Source: Nemertoderma westbladi
Taxonomy: Eukaryota; Animalia; Xenacoelomorpha
DNA: 64,000 bases
Assembly (NCBI GenBank): GCA_032718475.1
Contig: JAUCBJ010008187.1
Coordinates: 7,269-71,268, forward strand
Direction of reading: 5' to 3'
Shown here piece after piece: positions 10,550 through 24,000 of the stretch; position 1 is the stretch's first letter, and every line of letters starts with the position of its first letter. Made by a program: the position numbers and the translations under genes. The notes beneath the pieces are model-generated. The model searched no databases, was not told where the DNA came from, and saw only the letters and a list, made by a program, of their open reading frames with translations.

Positions 10550-10865
10550 CTACTACTACTCGGATCGCCATGCTGCATTGCAGCTGCATTTTTAAGAATG
10601 CTGTGCCGGCTTGTCAACACTATTGCACCACCACAACTCCTTATCGCCCATGACATTTGCTAGATCATCCGCATCTTCAAGGCCAGTGTCCTTTAAGATG
10701 CGTCTCAAGAAAGTCATGGGATGTCCACCATACTTATTCACTCCATGAGGCTGCCAAAGCACAAGATTATGCACTGGTTGGTCCTCACGGCGAAAGCAAT
10801 GTCCTGCAACGCGGAGGCGGCTCCGTTCAAGTGTTAAGCTTTGGGGAACCAATGGGACACCTCCA
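10550..10865 (-). mobile_element. 3' fragment of an RTE-clade LINE
   Basis: Translation RLRVAGHCFRREDQPVHNLVLWQP resembles RLRFSGHCWRSKDEVIPDLLFWQP of the element at 1119..1592. An (AGT)n tail lies at 10550-10560 on the minus strand. Confidence 0.8.
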
Positions 10866-11564
10866 ATGTAACGAGATAAATAAGAAAGCATGACAAAAAA
10901 GTTACTTTTTGTCACCATTTACGTCGTTTTATTTGTTGTAAGTCTTCTCATTTTATCTGGACCAATTTCAGCATAAATATCGTCCATCGAAGCTTCTTCC
11001 ATAGTGAAATACGGGCTTTTCTTCACCTTAGTGTAAACCTTAGTCAAATAGTGTGACTAATTTTTTTTTCATATGAAAAAGGCTTTAATCATGTGGTTTT
11101 TTTTAGAACAAAGATTTGACCTGACAGCAGTGCGATGCAATCGAAGCAATGGTATTTTTCCTAAACATGTTCTAGGAAAAAAAGTGTTCTAGAACAAAAA
11201 TATTTATCGATATTGATAACTAAAGGGTGTTCCATAACATTTATATAAGAAAGTTGAAAAAACTAGCTAGTATAAAAAATAAAACAATGTTTTCTAGAAC
11301 AAAACAAATGTGTTCTAGAATAAAAATATTTATAAAAATTGATAGCTAACACGTGTTCTATAACATTTATAAAAAATTAGCAAGAGCTAGCTAGTTTAAA
11401 AAATCAATGTCATGGAAATTACTTTGAATTTTAATTCAACATTACTTTTTTTGTTGACAAAAACATTTTATTTTTTTGTCATACTTTTTAACGAATTTCA
11501 CAATAAAAGTGACTTACAACAAGCAAAGAATATACGTTTAGTTAGCGGTACTAGAGTATTGTTA

Positions 11565-12270
11565 GGGGGGGGGGGGGGGGGGGGGGGGTTGCCCCATGTC
11601 TTTTTTTCACCAGAATATTTTAATGTGTTATCCGATCTAAACTTCTATGGTGATTCCGAATCTGAAATTAGTTTTTCGATAAGTTGTTTCGTTCTCGAGT
11701 TAATGACAACTTTTGTAATTTTTAATTTTGGCGCAGCACCACATTTTTCACCACAAAAAAGACCATCAAACACCCAGATATGTCGAAATATTTTGCCATT
11801 TTCGGAATCAGCGCCGAAAATTAGCCTATAGGTATCAAAACCGGAAAACAGATCATTTTTGAAAAGTGATAAATATGATAAACCGAGAAAAACGTGTTTT
11901 AAATTTCCTCCTGATTACAACAACTGACCAAACATGCACCAAAAGGGAAATTTTTTTAAAATTTTTCAAAAATGATCTTCTTTTGCACTTTTAATACCTA
12001 GGCTAATTTTCGGCGCTGGTTCCGAAAATGGCAAAATAAATCGACATTTCTGGGTGTTTGATGATCTTTTTTGGTGTCAAATGTGGTGCTGCACCAAAAT
12101 TAAAAGTTTTCAAATTTTAGATGAAAATTACAAAAGTTCCATAACTCGAGAACGAGACACAACTTATCGAAAAACTGATTTCGGATTACATCGGAAGACA
12201 TATTTAAAAAAATCTGACAGGGGGTGAAAATGAAAAAAAGACAGGGGGTAACCCCCCCCCCCCCCCCCCC
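11565..12270. mobile_element. Foldback/MITE-like element bounded by poly-G / poly-C
   Basis: ttttgccattttcggaatcagcgccgaaaattagccta (~11790-11828) pairs with taggctaattttcggcgctggttccgaaaatggcaaaa (~11999-12037). The pairing extends outward (gtttttcgataagttg/caacttatcgaaaaac) to the G and C tracts. Confidence 0.8.
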
Positions 12271-13544
12271 TTTTTAAATTATTTTAGTTCAATTATTTGT
12301 CAAATTAGTACGTTTGAATTGTTAAATTGTGAAAATATATTGCAACAATTAATTATAAATTAATATGTCTACGTTTATTTCCGATATAGCCTGTAATAGA
12401 ATCATAAAAAAATATATTATAATTTTCCGTATAACAGATAATAGAATAACTCAATATAAAACTTGATCGAAGAAATTGGAATATAACGATAACATTAGAG
12501 AACACATGAGTATAGATAGCCTCATGTTAGTCCATTGCTTTGGCATTGGCATTTGGTGAATGTAAAGTCGTAATGCTGTCCCGAAACTTATACTAAACTA
12601 CCTTTTTCTTTGCCAAAAGTATTGTATACAATACTCTACAGGTTCGAGGTGCATTAGTACCCCACATAACTCCAGGTCACAATATATGAGTCAGGAGACA
12701 CTCTATTCGAATGACAACCCCGTTATAGTCTTTAAAAAAAATGCTGGAAAATTATAACTTGGTCTAACCGGAATAAAAAGTTGTACAATCTTATACAGAA
12801 AAGATTCGAATATGTTATAGTCGAATAAATATTTACAAAATTTCGACTTTATTTTCTAAACCTTTAGACACACTGTACCGTATATAGGGAACCATTTATA
12901 CCTTTACTATATTCAATTATCATTCAATAGCTATGCTATGATTTATGTCGCACCGATCGGTGGTAGAAACGGGTAGCTGGTCCAGGATACAAATGGATAA
13001 GCGTGTATGTGACAATAAGATTTCTGTACTAACAGAGTCACTGTACTGCTTTATAGCTCTCTTTCACAAGTCACGAGCATTAAGATAAATCGTGCCAGTA
13101 GTGGAGAGGATGGTGTCCCCCCAGAGGTTTTTAAAATACCCGAGATTATGGAGCTCATTTACCCCATCATAATAGACATGTACAGAACGAAGAGAATCCC
13201 ACAAGAAGACTTTGTGTTTCGCCAGCCCCCTAATATATATACTCATATTCAACAATGTAGCGGCAACACCAAGTCGCTGACCTGGTTTGCGTCCTGATTT
13301 ATAATATTTTTTAATAAGTACTATTGATTTTAAAATAAGAAAACCATCGCCCTGACTATTTCTATATACCTTAGACGAGATTAATTAAATTGTATTTATA
13401 GTTTTACTAATTAATTGTGCTTATAGCTTACTGTACGTGATACCAAAACTCGGTGTAATAAAATTAATATATATATATTTACCCCATCATAGTAGATATG
13501 TACGTGTACGGAAGAAGGAAGGGAGTCCAATGAAAACAAATAAG

Positions 13545-14435
13545 TTCCCAAGAAGGGCAACCTAACACTATGCATCATTTCGTGTTATCTCGTTAATCTC
13601 GATTGCTGCAAAACAATGGAATTCTTAAATCGCATCAGGGATCCCATTGAGAGACAGCTACGTGGAAATCAGAATGGGTTCTGTAAAGGTCGTGTGACGA
13701 TGGATCCCATTCTGGCACTTAGAAGGTTAATTGAATTGAAAGTTATCAAAATGAAAGACAGACATCTGGCTGTTATCGTTGCTGAATTGTTCAAGGCCTT
13801 CGATTCAGTCTCTCGCTCACGTAAGTTCACCATACTTTCATGGGATTCCTGATGAAATTATTGCAGCAATCAGATCAGTATACGATGGTTCGACAACATT
13901 TGTGTCTACTGTTGACGGTGACACAGAACCATTTGAAGTGTTATGGGGCGTTCTCCAGGGAGACATACTTGCACCATTCTTGTTCATAATTGTGGTTGAC
14001 TATGTTCTACGCATGTCCTTAGATCATCATAATGATGATGGGGTGATGATAACTCCACCTACTGGCTCCAGAAGTCGAGGAAATCCTGCCAAGTACCTAA
14101 CTGATCTAGACTTTGCTGATGACTTAGGAGTACTCTCAGAATCACTAGATGGATCCCAATGGCTCCTCAGGTCATTAGAACAAGCTGCTCTAGCATTGGT
14201 TTATTTGTTAACTCCAAGAAAACCACAATAATTTTGACTTTTAACTTAGAAAGTCCTCAGGCTGTTCGTAATGCATAAGCTTAAAGGATGGTGTGCTTGA
14301 ACATGTGGACAACTTCTGTACCATGGATCCGGAAGTCAGATGAGGACCTTCGAGTATGTAAGGGAAAAGCTAGAGTAGCATTGAAGGGCCTTTGCAGTAT
14401 TTGGAAGTCACATAGAATTCATCGGAAACTTAAGG
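13545..14435 (+). mobile_element. Degenerate RTE-clade RT fragment (frameshifted)
   Basis: LRGNQNGFCKGR, ILALRRLIE, FKAFDS, GVLQGDILAPFLFIIVVDY, DLDFADDL across ORFs 13616..13852 and 13779..14231. Confidence 0.88.
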
Positions 14436-14449
14436 TCACTCTAAGGTGC

Positions 14450-16400
14450 CCTAAACGTCACTCTAAGAAGAAACGTATGAACCATCGTAACTGGAGAGTA
14501 AATAGAACAATTGCCATAGATGACATGGGCCAAACAAAGGAGAGCTTAGAGAAATCTCGTAAACTTGGGATTGCTCAAGGTTGGAAAAAAGATGTACATT
14601 GTCAGTATTACCTAAGCTATACTAAAGACAAACGTGAATACCAAAAACTAGAATCCCAATCAGAGCGATCCTTATACATGCTCCATATTAATAGTCTTGC
14701 AGATTCATGCTCTTCAAAACCTAACAAATTCTGGAGACTAATAAAACAGCCACAAATTAACACGATAATCTCTGATACAAACCTGGGGAGACTCCATAAT
14801 GAATACAAAGCAGCATTTAATAATGGAAATGGAGTAGTAGGAAATGACAAAGACAATGAATTATACAGCAATTATTGTACATGACGCGAAAGTACCAAAC
14901 AATTCCCCAGTACAGGCACATAAGATCGTTACACCTATTGAAATCGAGAAATCACTCGCAGCACTGCACTCCAAAAAAGCTGCCGATGGCCACAATTTAA
15001 GAGTAGAATGTTTCAAGCACGCTAATAGTGAAGTCCTGCATGAATATATCTGTAAAATTTTCAATTCGATACGAAATTCTGGTATATGCCCACCCAGCAT
15101 GTGCTTGAGTCTTCTGACACCAGTACCGAAGACACAGCGACAGAATGAAAACTTTGCTTGCATCTACCAAATATCGAGGAATCTCCATTATAACCACCAT
15201 TGCTAAGCTATGGGAGCATACCTTACTACCGGAACTGTATATACTCCAACTTCTGTCTTTCAACTGGGGTATAAGAAACTGATTAGTTCTGGAACTGCAC
15301 ATACTTAAAGTGATAGTTTAATTAAGCACTTCAACAATGGTAACTCTGAGATATATGCAATGTCCATAGACTTAAGTTGTGCCTTTGATAGAGTTGACTA
15401 TAACAAACTATTCAAAAAGTTATCTGAAACTGAATTGGATTTAGGCCTTATAAAAATGCTGCATTCCTACTACTCAAGTTCTTTAGCTCTCCTAAAGAAT
15501 GGGAACTATCTAGTAAATGATGCTATCCCTCTCATGTCTGGTGTGAGACAAGATGGTGTACCGTCAACGATTATATTCAATTTATACCTATATAAACTAA
15601 TTGAAACACTGGTAAAAGGTAAACTTGGGATTCATGTAAATGACATATCTTACTGCATTGTATGCTATCCAGGTGACATAATTCTTTTGGCCAAAATAAA
15701 ATCTGACTTATAAAAGATGATATCAATTTGCATGGACTATTTCGAATCACACAACCTAGCAATGAATGCCAAAAAATCTCATGTTTTACATATTGACATA
15801 CGTGGACATACAATCCTGAACAGCTAAATAAACCTTGGCAAAAATTCAATATCCTCAATGTACTGTAGCTACATGGGACTGCCACTTCCCGCCACACCAA
15901 AGAACTTAAACCAACATTTCATCTCAAAGACATGGACTTCCGTGAACAAAGTATATAGTAGAGGGCTTGCTACAGACAGCGTAATAATAATAATAATAAT
16001 AATACATTTATTTATCAGCGCCTATTCAAATTAATTAAAAAGTGCTCTAGGCGCAAACCATAGACTTTAGACAGCGTACCACTGGAAATTACAGCCAAGA
16101 TATGGAGGCACATCTGTCATCCCTCAATATTATATGGATGTTATATTATCTCTCAGCTAGATTCAAAACAATAATATCAACACAAATACGAAAAGCAATG
16201 CGAAATGCGGCCAGAGTGGGCAACTGTGTATACGAAACACTGTTCTGCATGAACTCTTCTCAACCATTGACATAGAACGATATATATTAACCTAGAACGA
16301 TGCCGTATGATATATAGTCTGTTTAATTGCAACAACAAATCGATTAATTATTTATTCACGAATGCATTAACGATGCACGTAAGTGGATTACGGAGATGCT
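14450..16400 (+). mobile_element. Degenerate non-LTR retrotransposon ORF of a different lineage (RT pseudogene)
   Basis: KPNKFWRLIK, KKAADGHNLRVECFK, LLTPVPK, IDLSCAFDRVDY, GVRQDGVPSTIIFNLY, CYPGDIILL (decayed YADD) and PSILYGC, in broken frames. Confidence 0.8.
15984..16068 (-). mobile_element. 85-bp 3'-terminal retroposon stub (L2/CR1-type end) with 10-bp target-site duplication
   Basis: AGACAGCGTA at 15974-15983 and 16069-16078. The minus strand reads GCGCCTA..TAGGCGC stem, AATAAA, then (TAT)n tail. Confidence 0.85.
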
Positions 16401-16487
16401 CCATATATTCAAAATACCAAATATCAGCATGGAAGAAAATTTGCCAACATTATCATCGCTCTCAGTGCATTCCTATAATATTAAAAA

Positions 16488-16732
16488 CACAACACGGCTG
16501 CACAAACAGCAACTGCGACACAACACGGCTGCACAAACAGCAACTGCGACACAACACGGCTGCACAAACAGCAACTGCTGGCAACACGGCTGCACAAACA
16601 GCAACTGCTGGCAACACGGCTGCACAAACAGCAACTGCTGGCAACACGGCTGCACAAACAGCAACTGCTGGCAACACGGCTGCACAAACAGCAACTGCGA
16701 CACAACACGGCTGCACAAAGTGCAACTGCGGG
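16488..16732. repeat. 30/31-bp minisatellite, about 8 copies
   Basis: caacacggctgcacaaacagcaactgctgg / ...gcgaca units. Confidence 0.92.
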
Positions 16733-17477
16733 CAACCCCCATGACAATAAAGGATCAATACCAATTCTATTACGTCTTCAACATTCTCCAAAAATTTACA
16801 GTCCCACACTATATTCTTCACAGTAATCTTGAGGAAACATTTGGGTATCACCACGGGAACTTTCGTTAATTCTACTATAGTTCTACCATTGTTAGGTTAA
16901 AGTGCTGTTGGTTTGTTCTACTTAATTCTGTTGTTTTATTATATTTTACCCGGGTTGAGTAGAATCCACCATCATGTAGTTCATTACCTCTACTGTAAAT
17001 ATTTATATCGCTAAGGAATTAATTTTATAACTAATCTACTTTTGTGGAGCTTTATAATATTCGTACGTACCCGGAAAGCCTGAGACCGAGAATTGGGGAA
17101 ATTAAACATATCATTATATTTTTTGGTGCTTAATTTTATTTATGGCAATATATACCTACGTACATATCTACTTTCTCGAATCCCCACACCATACCAATGG
17201 ACACAACATTGCAATTACTATTTGGTGCATATTTTATGAATGGCGTCGACGTTATCTTTAATGATCAATCTTTAATCTTACCATACTACCGGTACTCTCG
17301 CGTGCTTTAATCTTACCATACTACCGGTACTCTCGCGTGCTTCAATCATATATTTATTTTAACCTGACAGACCCTTTTATTTTGACAAATGGGCCTATTC
17401 TGTAACATTTGTAATCAGGATTTTTATCAACCCTGTTTGTAATTTACTGGCACAAATAATGTAAACCTGATATTTTC

Positions 17478-17733
17478 AGATAGGGGGGGAAACTGGACGC
17501 AATAAAAATTCATTCCTCTCCAGGGGAAATTCGACGCAAATAACAGCTGATTACTCCCAAAAATAAAACTGTATCCTGTTCTATTGCATTTAGTTGATTG
17601 TTTTGGTTAAAATAACGTGCCACTGTAACCTGCTCCTTTCCTTAAATTGAGAATTTAACATTGAGGCGGGATATTAATTCGCCAAGGCGGGTTTTGCGTC
17701 GAATTCCCCCCCCCCCCCCCCCCCCCCTGTCTC
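17478..17733. mobile_element. MITE with G/C-tract terminal inverted repeats; partial copies at ~26650-26787 and ~60310-60512
   Basis: Left end gataggggggg-aaactggacgcaa vs right end ttgcgtcgaattccccc..ctgtctc. The core ttttggttaaaataacgtgccactgtaacctgctcctttcc recurs three times in the window (with some divergence). Confidence 0.8.
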
Positions 17734-17799
17734 GATATTATAAATTTCGATTCGCCAGACCATTTGAAATATAGCCGCCGGTGGCGTAAAGTCCTGATA

Positions 17800-17960
17800 A
17801 TGAAATGAAATAAAGGTCCGATTATGACTGCTGCTCTAGTAGTACCATTACTCTTTATGGGAAGTCCATGTTGGGCTCTAACTGCTGAGGCCACCAACTC
17901 TCTGGATGGCACATTCACAAGAATGTTGTCAAGTACAATGCACAGCACATGTCTCCAAAC
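17800..17960 (+). mobile_element. Short RTE-LINE C-terminal relic
   Basis: LLFMGSPCWALTAEATNSLDGTFTRML resembles FLYGGETWTLTKSLEQRIDGCYTRLL of the first element. Confidence 0.6.
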
Positions 17961-18589
17961 ATCGACACTATATAACATTTTACTGTCTCATCCCCCCCCC
18001 CCCCCTCCCTTCCCCCATGCTTGACACTTGAATAAAGCCGCCTCTGCTTCGCAGTACATTGCTTTCGCCGTGAAGACCGTGAAAGTCAATTTACGTACAG
18101 TAGGTGGACTTTACTATATTGTGAACGATATAGCGATTAGAGCTAAGAATTTATCGCCAAAAGCTTATCTCTTATCGCTCATCTATTATGTCTCAATTAA
18201 TTGTGAACCAGCATTAAAACAGGGTTCCAGCCGGGTACCAACATCTGATGGGTACAGCCAATGGAACATTTCACAAATTTTCATAGAAGGCTTGTACAAT
18301 ATATTGATAAATTGGTTGCTTCAGATGTTATTTATTAGGTTAGCTGACGCTGACAGTGTATTAGGTACATTAATTAATTAATTAATTAATTATAAATAAA
18401 AAATTAATAATAAAAAAATTTAATTAATAAAAAATAGCATAAAACATTAGTAAAATAATAGCTACAGCATCTCCGCCTGGAAAGAAATCCCTTAAGACAT
18501 CCAAACAAAGTATAGCACCGGCATCTTCCTCTGTGCATCAGCTTTGCAGAGGAAAACAAAAGTCCCGCTGGCGCGCGCCTAATTATCAG

Positions 18590-18800
18590 TCTCTTCAATC
18601 GTTATATTCCAAAGGACTTTGGAGTGAGCAGCATGGAATTCAATTGTTTCGAAATAAAATGCCACGCAACAAGTTTGAATCAATGTTGCGCATTTTCCGA
18701 TTTGATTACAAGAGTAGTTAGTAGATCAGAATGTTCAAGTGACAGGTTTTCCCATATTCGTGAGATGTTTGTCAGTAATTGTCCATCAAAATACTCTGTA
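18590..18800 (+). mobile_element. piggyBac transposase relic
   Basis: LWSEQHGIQLFRNKMPRNKFESMLRIFRFD followed after a frameshift by DRFSHIREMFVSNC. This matches the LW...MSRNRF..I...LRFD...D....IR.....F..NC block of piggyBac/PGBD proteins. Confidence 0.72.
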
Positions 18801-19213
18801 ATATTTTCCGCCTATACATCGGCGGATAGATATACGTAGATATACTGCCATTATAACTACGCAATGTCTCGGAACTGTGCAAGTCATGTGTTTAAGAATG
18901 TAGTCAATGCAGTTCTCGTTTTCATTCTATTCCTCGTTGCACTCGTCCTGTTTTATCTGAAAATATTTTTTTCCCAAACATAGACAGACAGCCGCCCTGT
19001 ATAACAATTTAAAGTCTTCAAAACTGTGTCAGTAATTCCAACTTCTAACATATATCTGTGTGTCAAAAAGAGACACTTAGCCTTTCCAGTAATATGTAAA
19101 AATATCGGCATTTCTAGTGTTAATTATGACTCTGCTAAGTTGTAATCAACAAAAATAATAAAAATTGCAATAGAAACCACATTATTTTTATTATTATTCA
19201 TATCCACATACTG

Positions 19214-20634
19214 TAGGTTATCAGTTTGGTGAGCTCCGCCCTGGGAGTTACCAGTTTGGTGAGCTCCATCCTGGACGTTACCAGTTTGGTGAGCTCCATC
19301 CTGGAGGTTATCATTTTGGTGAGCTCCAACCTGGAGGTTACCAGTTTGGTGAGCTCCACCCTGGGGGTTACCAGTTTGGTGAGCTCCATCCTGGAGGTTA
19401 CCAGTTTGGTGAACTCCAACCTGGAAGTTACCAGTTTGGCGAGCTCCAACCTGGAGGTTACCAGTTTGGTGAGCTCCAACCTGGAGGTTACCAGTTTGGT
19501 GAACTCCATCCTGGAGGTTACCAGTTTGGTGAGGTCCAACCTGGAGGTAACCAGTTTGGTGAACTCCATCCTGGAGGTTATCATTTTGGTGAGCTCCAAC
19601 CTGGAGGTTACCAGTTTGGTGAGCTCCACCCTGGGGGTTACCAGTTTGGTGAGCTCCATCCTGGAGGTTACCAGTTTGGTGAACTCCAACCTGGAAGTTA
19701 CCAGTTTGGCGAGCTCCAACCTGGAGGTTACCAGTTTGGTGAGCTCCAACCTGGAGGTTACCAGTTTGGTGAACTCCATCCTGGAGGTTACCAGTTTGGT
19801 GAGGTCCAACCTGGAGGTAACCAGTTTGGTGAACTCCATCCTGGAGGTTACCAGTTTGGTGAGGTCCAACCTGGAGGTTACCAGTTTGGTGAGCTCCATC
19901 CTGGAGGTTATCATTTTGGTGAGCTCCAACCTGGAGGTTACCAGTTTGGTGAGCTCCAACCTGGAGGTTACCAGTTTGGTGTGCTCCAACCTGGAGGTTA
20001 CCAGTTTGGTGTGCTCCAACCTGGTGGTTACCAGTTTGGTGAGCTCCAACCTGGAGGTTACCAGTTTGGTGAGCTCCAACCTGGAGGTTACCAGTTTGGT
20101 GAGGTCCAACCTGGAGGTAACCAGTTTGGTGTGCTCCAACCTGGAGGTTACCAGTTTGGTGAGCTCCAACCTGGAGGTTACCAGTTTGGTGAGCTCCATC
20201 CTGGAGGTTACCAGTTTGGTGAGCTCCATCCTGGACGTTACCAGTTTGGTGAGCTCCAACCTGGAGGTTACCAGTTTGGTGAGCTCCAACCTGGCTGGAG
20301 GTTACCAGTTTGATGGGCTCCATCCTGGAGGTTACCAGTTTGGTGAGCTCCAACCGGGAGGTTACCAGTTTGGTGAGCTCCAACCTGGAGGTTAACAGTT
20401 TGGTGAGCTCCAACCTGGCTGGAGGTTACCAGTTTGATGGGCTCCATCCTGGAGGTTACCAGTTTGGTGAGCTCCAACCGGGAGGTTACCAGTTTGGTGA
20501 GCTCCAACCTGGCTGGAGGTTACCAGTTTGATGGGCTCCATCCTGGAGGTTACCAGTTTGGTGAGCTCCAACCGGGAGGTTACCAGTTTGGTGAGCTCCA
20601 ACCTGGAGGTTACCAGTTTGGTGAGCTCCAACCT
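19214..20634. repeat. 30-bp minisatellite, about 47 units, downstream of paralogue B
   Basis: Unit ggaggttaccagtttggtgagctccaacct; three units carry a 4-bp insertion (ctggctggag, ~20293, ~20417, ~20511). Confidence 0.96.
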
Positions 20635-21021
20635 AAAGATAAATCATGGATTTACAGAACGGCAGGTTGATGAATGGTACCACTGCACTAAGGCTCATCT
20701 TACTTCGTGGCTCGCCCCACATCAAAATGCAATGTCTGCGAACAAACACGTTAGCAATTTAATTTGTGTCAAATACCATTTATCACCCAATTCTACCCAA
20801 TCCTTTTATGAAAGTTTTATGCGTAGTGGAGCAAAGTGAATGGAGTTTTGCCTAATTTTCTTAGTTTGCGGTGTTTCTCGGTGTTTCAAATAAATATCAA
20901 GTTTGCTTTCGTTCATAGCTCTGGGGATGATATTTTGGTAAGGTACTGATGGTATAATGCAGGTTGGATATTTAAGGTGTCACAGAGGGATCATATTAAT
21001 GTTTTATTGCTGGTTGATCGA

Positions 21022-24000
21022 TTATTGACCTGCAAATGGTTCCTCGTGTGATTGTAATATATCAGGTTTATATTCTGGATGATCGGTTACAGGTTGATTG
21101 TCTAATTGGACTGTAAGAGGGGGGTCATCTGGATGATTGGTTACAGGTTGATTGTCTAATTGGACTGTCATGGATAAATTATCAGATAGTAGGATTTCAG
21201 GTTGATCTTCTAATTGGATTGAGGCAGGATGAAAATTAGATTGTTCTTCAGAAGTCTGGCTGATATCCCCTTTTTCGAGTTGTTGTTTATTGCCATCGTC
21301 ATCATCACCGCTTGTGCTTATTTCTCCTGACATATCTAACTTTTCAGTTTGCTGATCATGTTCAGGTTTAGTTTTATCTGTTGAAATCTTGTTGTCCCCG
21401 GTGGCATCCAATGGTGATGGCTCAGGTGTTTTGATAGGTTTAAAAAATTCTTCACCCTCTGTCCCAGGTTTAGGGTAGCCTTTTTCTGTATTTATCCTTC
21501 TGTACATGGGTTCTTCTAATATCTCTCTAGCCTTCAAGGTTTTATTATGGTCCTTGCCAAACTTGTTAATAGCGATCATATATCCTTCGCGAAAATAATC
21601 AAAGGCCTTATTGTAATTTCCCGATTCTTCATATGCAATACCAGTATTCTGTGTAATTCGTGTCATTAGTATGCTATTGCGACCATAAACCTGTTCACAA
21701 GTTACCTCAGCCTGTTTATATTCTTCAATTTGACGTTTGTTATCATTTGTTATCAATATTGCTTTCGTCATGAGGGCTTCTGCGAGTTCACCTGGACTGT
21801 TTAGATCTCTAAATATCGCAACTGCCTCTTCAGCTGCGGTGTTAGCTTTTTCTGCAGCATCTGCAGCACGTAGTTCTTCATTGCCGCCTCTTAAATTCCA
21901 TCCTGACAAATGAAAACTATATGTCACTAACAACCACCCCAGTTTTCGTTTTGATTCAACACTGCCCATGCACCTTCTTTGTTTAATAGCTTGTTTAACG
22001 TATGTGAATATTAATTTTATCTCAGGCAACTGACTTCTGTACATATATTGGGCCATTTTGAGTTTTGTGTCCCGTGCTAGAACTAACGCTTCATTAATTT
22101 CTACAATGTACTCAACTCGTGATCCACATTGGCTTTCTTCGATTTTTAGTGCATTTTCAAGTACCTTAATGGCATCATCATGCATTCCAGCTTGAGATAG
22201 TATACAACCGATATACAAGTGTCTGGTGCATAGTTCTTCAGCAGTAGTATTGGTATTGTTGATTGAATATTCAAGTTTATCTTTGTATTTGTCGCCTACT
22301 TCTTCCATTGTGCATATCTTTTGCCAATACCAAAATAACTCACTGCTAAATGGGAATTTATACAACTCTTCAACTACCTCCCAATCAGTCAGAAATTCAA
22401 TAAGATCGTTTGTTCGCCCAACTTGTACCAGGTGGAAGGGGAATTCCTCACATTTCCGCCTCAAATTGCCTTCGTTCTTGAAAAAGTCAGCCAATTTATT
22501 GTGCCAAAACCAAGAAACATGGGTTAGTACCTCTGTATTTTTCTCAAAGTACTTCATAGTAACAGCTTTATAAATTGATTGGTGGTAAAAATCCAGTCGC
22601 CCTTCTCCACTATTTCCAAAGGGGCGAAGAAATGATTTTAGAGCTCGAAATACAACAGCCCACTTTGCAGCAGGGATGCTTTCATATTCATCATTCTTAT
22701 TTACTTTGTCACTTGCTTCAAAGTCTTGTTTTTCTGGAATTTCTAGGGGTACTACCAAATCATCTTCATTTGCTAACAGGCGTAGTAATTCTGTTTCTAA
22801 CAGACCCATTCTTGAAGCTTTCAAGAGACACAGTGTTGCCACAACCAGTTCTCCCCCATATTCTTCTTCAAAGCGATCTAATACCTGGATGATGAGATTT
22901 TCTAAGCCATCTGACATCTCATCAATCTTTTTTGTAACTTGGGTGAATTCACCAAACACTCTTAGTTCTTCACAAGCCATGCTCAACCACAGTGGATTTA
23001 TTGATGCAGTCTTGTCCAATAATTTATCCATTTGCACATCTGTCAATAATTTATTGTATTGGCCCAGATTGTTTGACACCATGGTTTTCCGGCTCTCTCT
23101 GGATAATGAACTGATAGTTAATTCCACTGGGGAAGGAATACGTTTTTGTAAAGTTTTGTGTAGAGAAATATTGTTAATTAATGAAACAATCACTCTTACA
23201 TTACTCGAAAGCTCTAGAGGTAGCCACGTAAATTGTTCTTCTAAAGATTGTTCTGAAGAAAATTGATTTACTGCATCAATAATTACTATAACTTCATTTT
23301 CAATCGTTTTAGATGAGAGCAGAGCACATGCCATTTGATACGTCTTCTCTTTATCTTGTGGCATTGCATTTGCAGATACAAATCCGGATTCTCTAAGCAA
23401 TCTCTTCAACATTTCATCAATGTTTGATGCCCCTGGTGTGGCCCCTACAAAATGAAAGAATATTGTTTTCTCATCTGCTCCTCCTATAAGTGGTTTATAT
23501 CGTTTTAGAACTTCATCTGTTATTTTAGCCATTATTGAAGTTTTTCCCGAGCCTGGCCCACCAACTACCAACATTGGAACATGAGTGTGATCAGAATCAA
23601 TATAAGCCAATACTTCATCTACTGTGGCTTCCCTCCCTATTACGTTGTGACTTCGAATGCTCAAGAAATTAACATGGTCTTGTTTTTGTTGTTCATATGG
23701 ATCTTGTGGTTTGGTATCAACAGGATATTGAGTCGCAATACGTTGTTTGAAAAATTCTAAAACGACTGAGGCGAAATCTTCAAGCCCTTTTAAAGCGACT
23801 CTCTCCCTTTTGGAGTCGTAGGAGTCATATTGGCAGGTGTACATGTTCACTTGATCCTTTGGGAATCTACGGCGTAACATTTTTTTTAGTTTGTCTGTTT
23901 TCATCCTAACAAGAGACTCACTATCGATGAATTCTAGCTTAAATTCCAGTGGTATAGTTTTAGCAAAGGCTCTATCTCTTATCATGAACAGTGAGTTTGG

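Noticed and set aside
16307-16869. Cys-rich ORFs over the 30/31-bp repeat
   Set aside because: Open in most frames because of the repeat; more likely 3' non-coding sequence of the decayed LINE.
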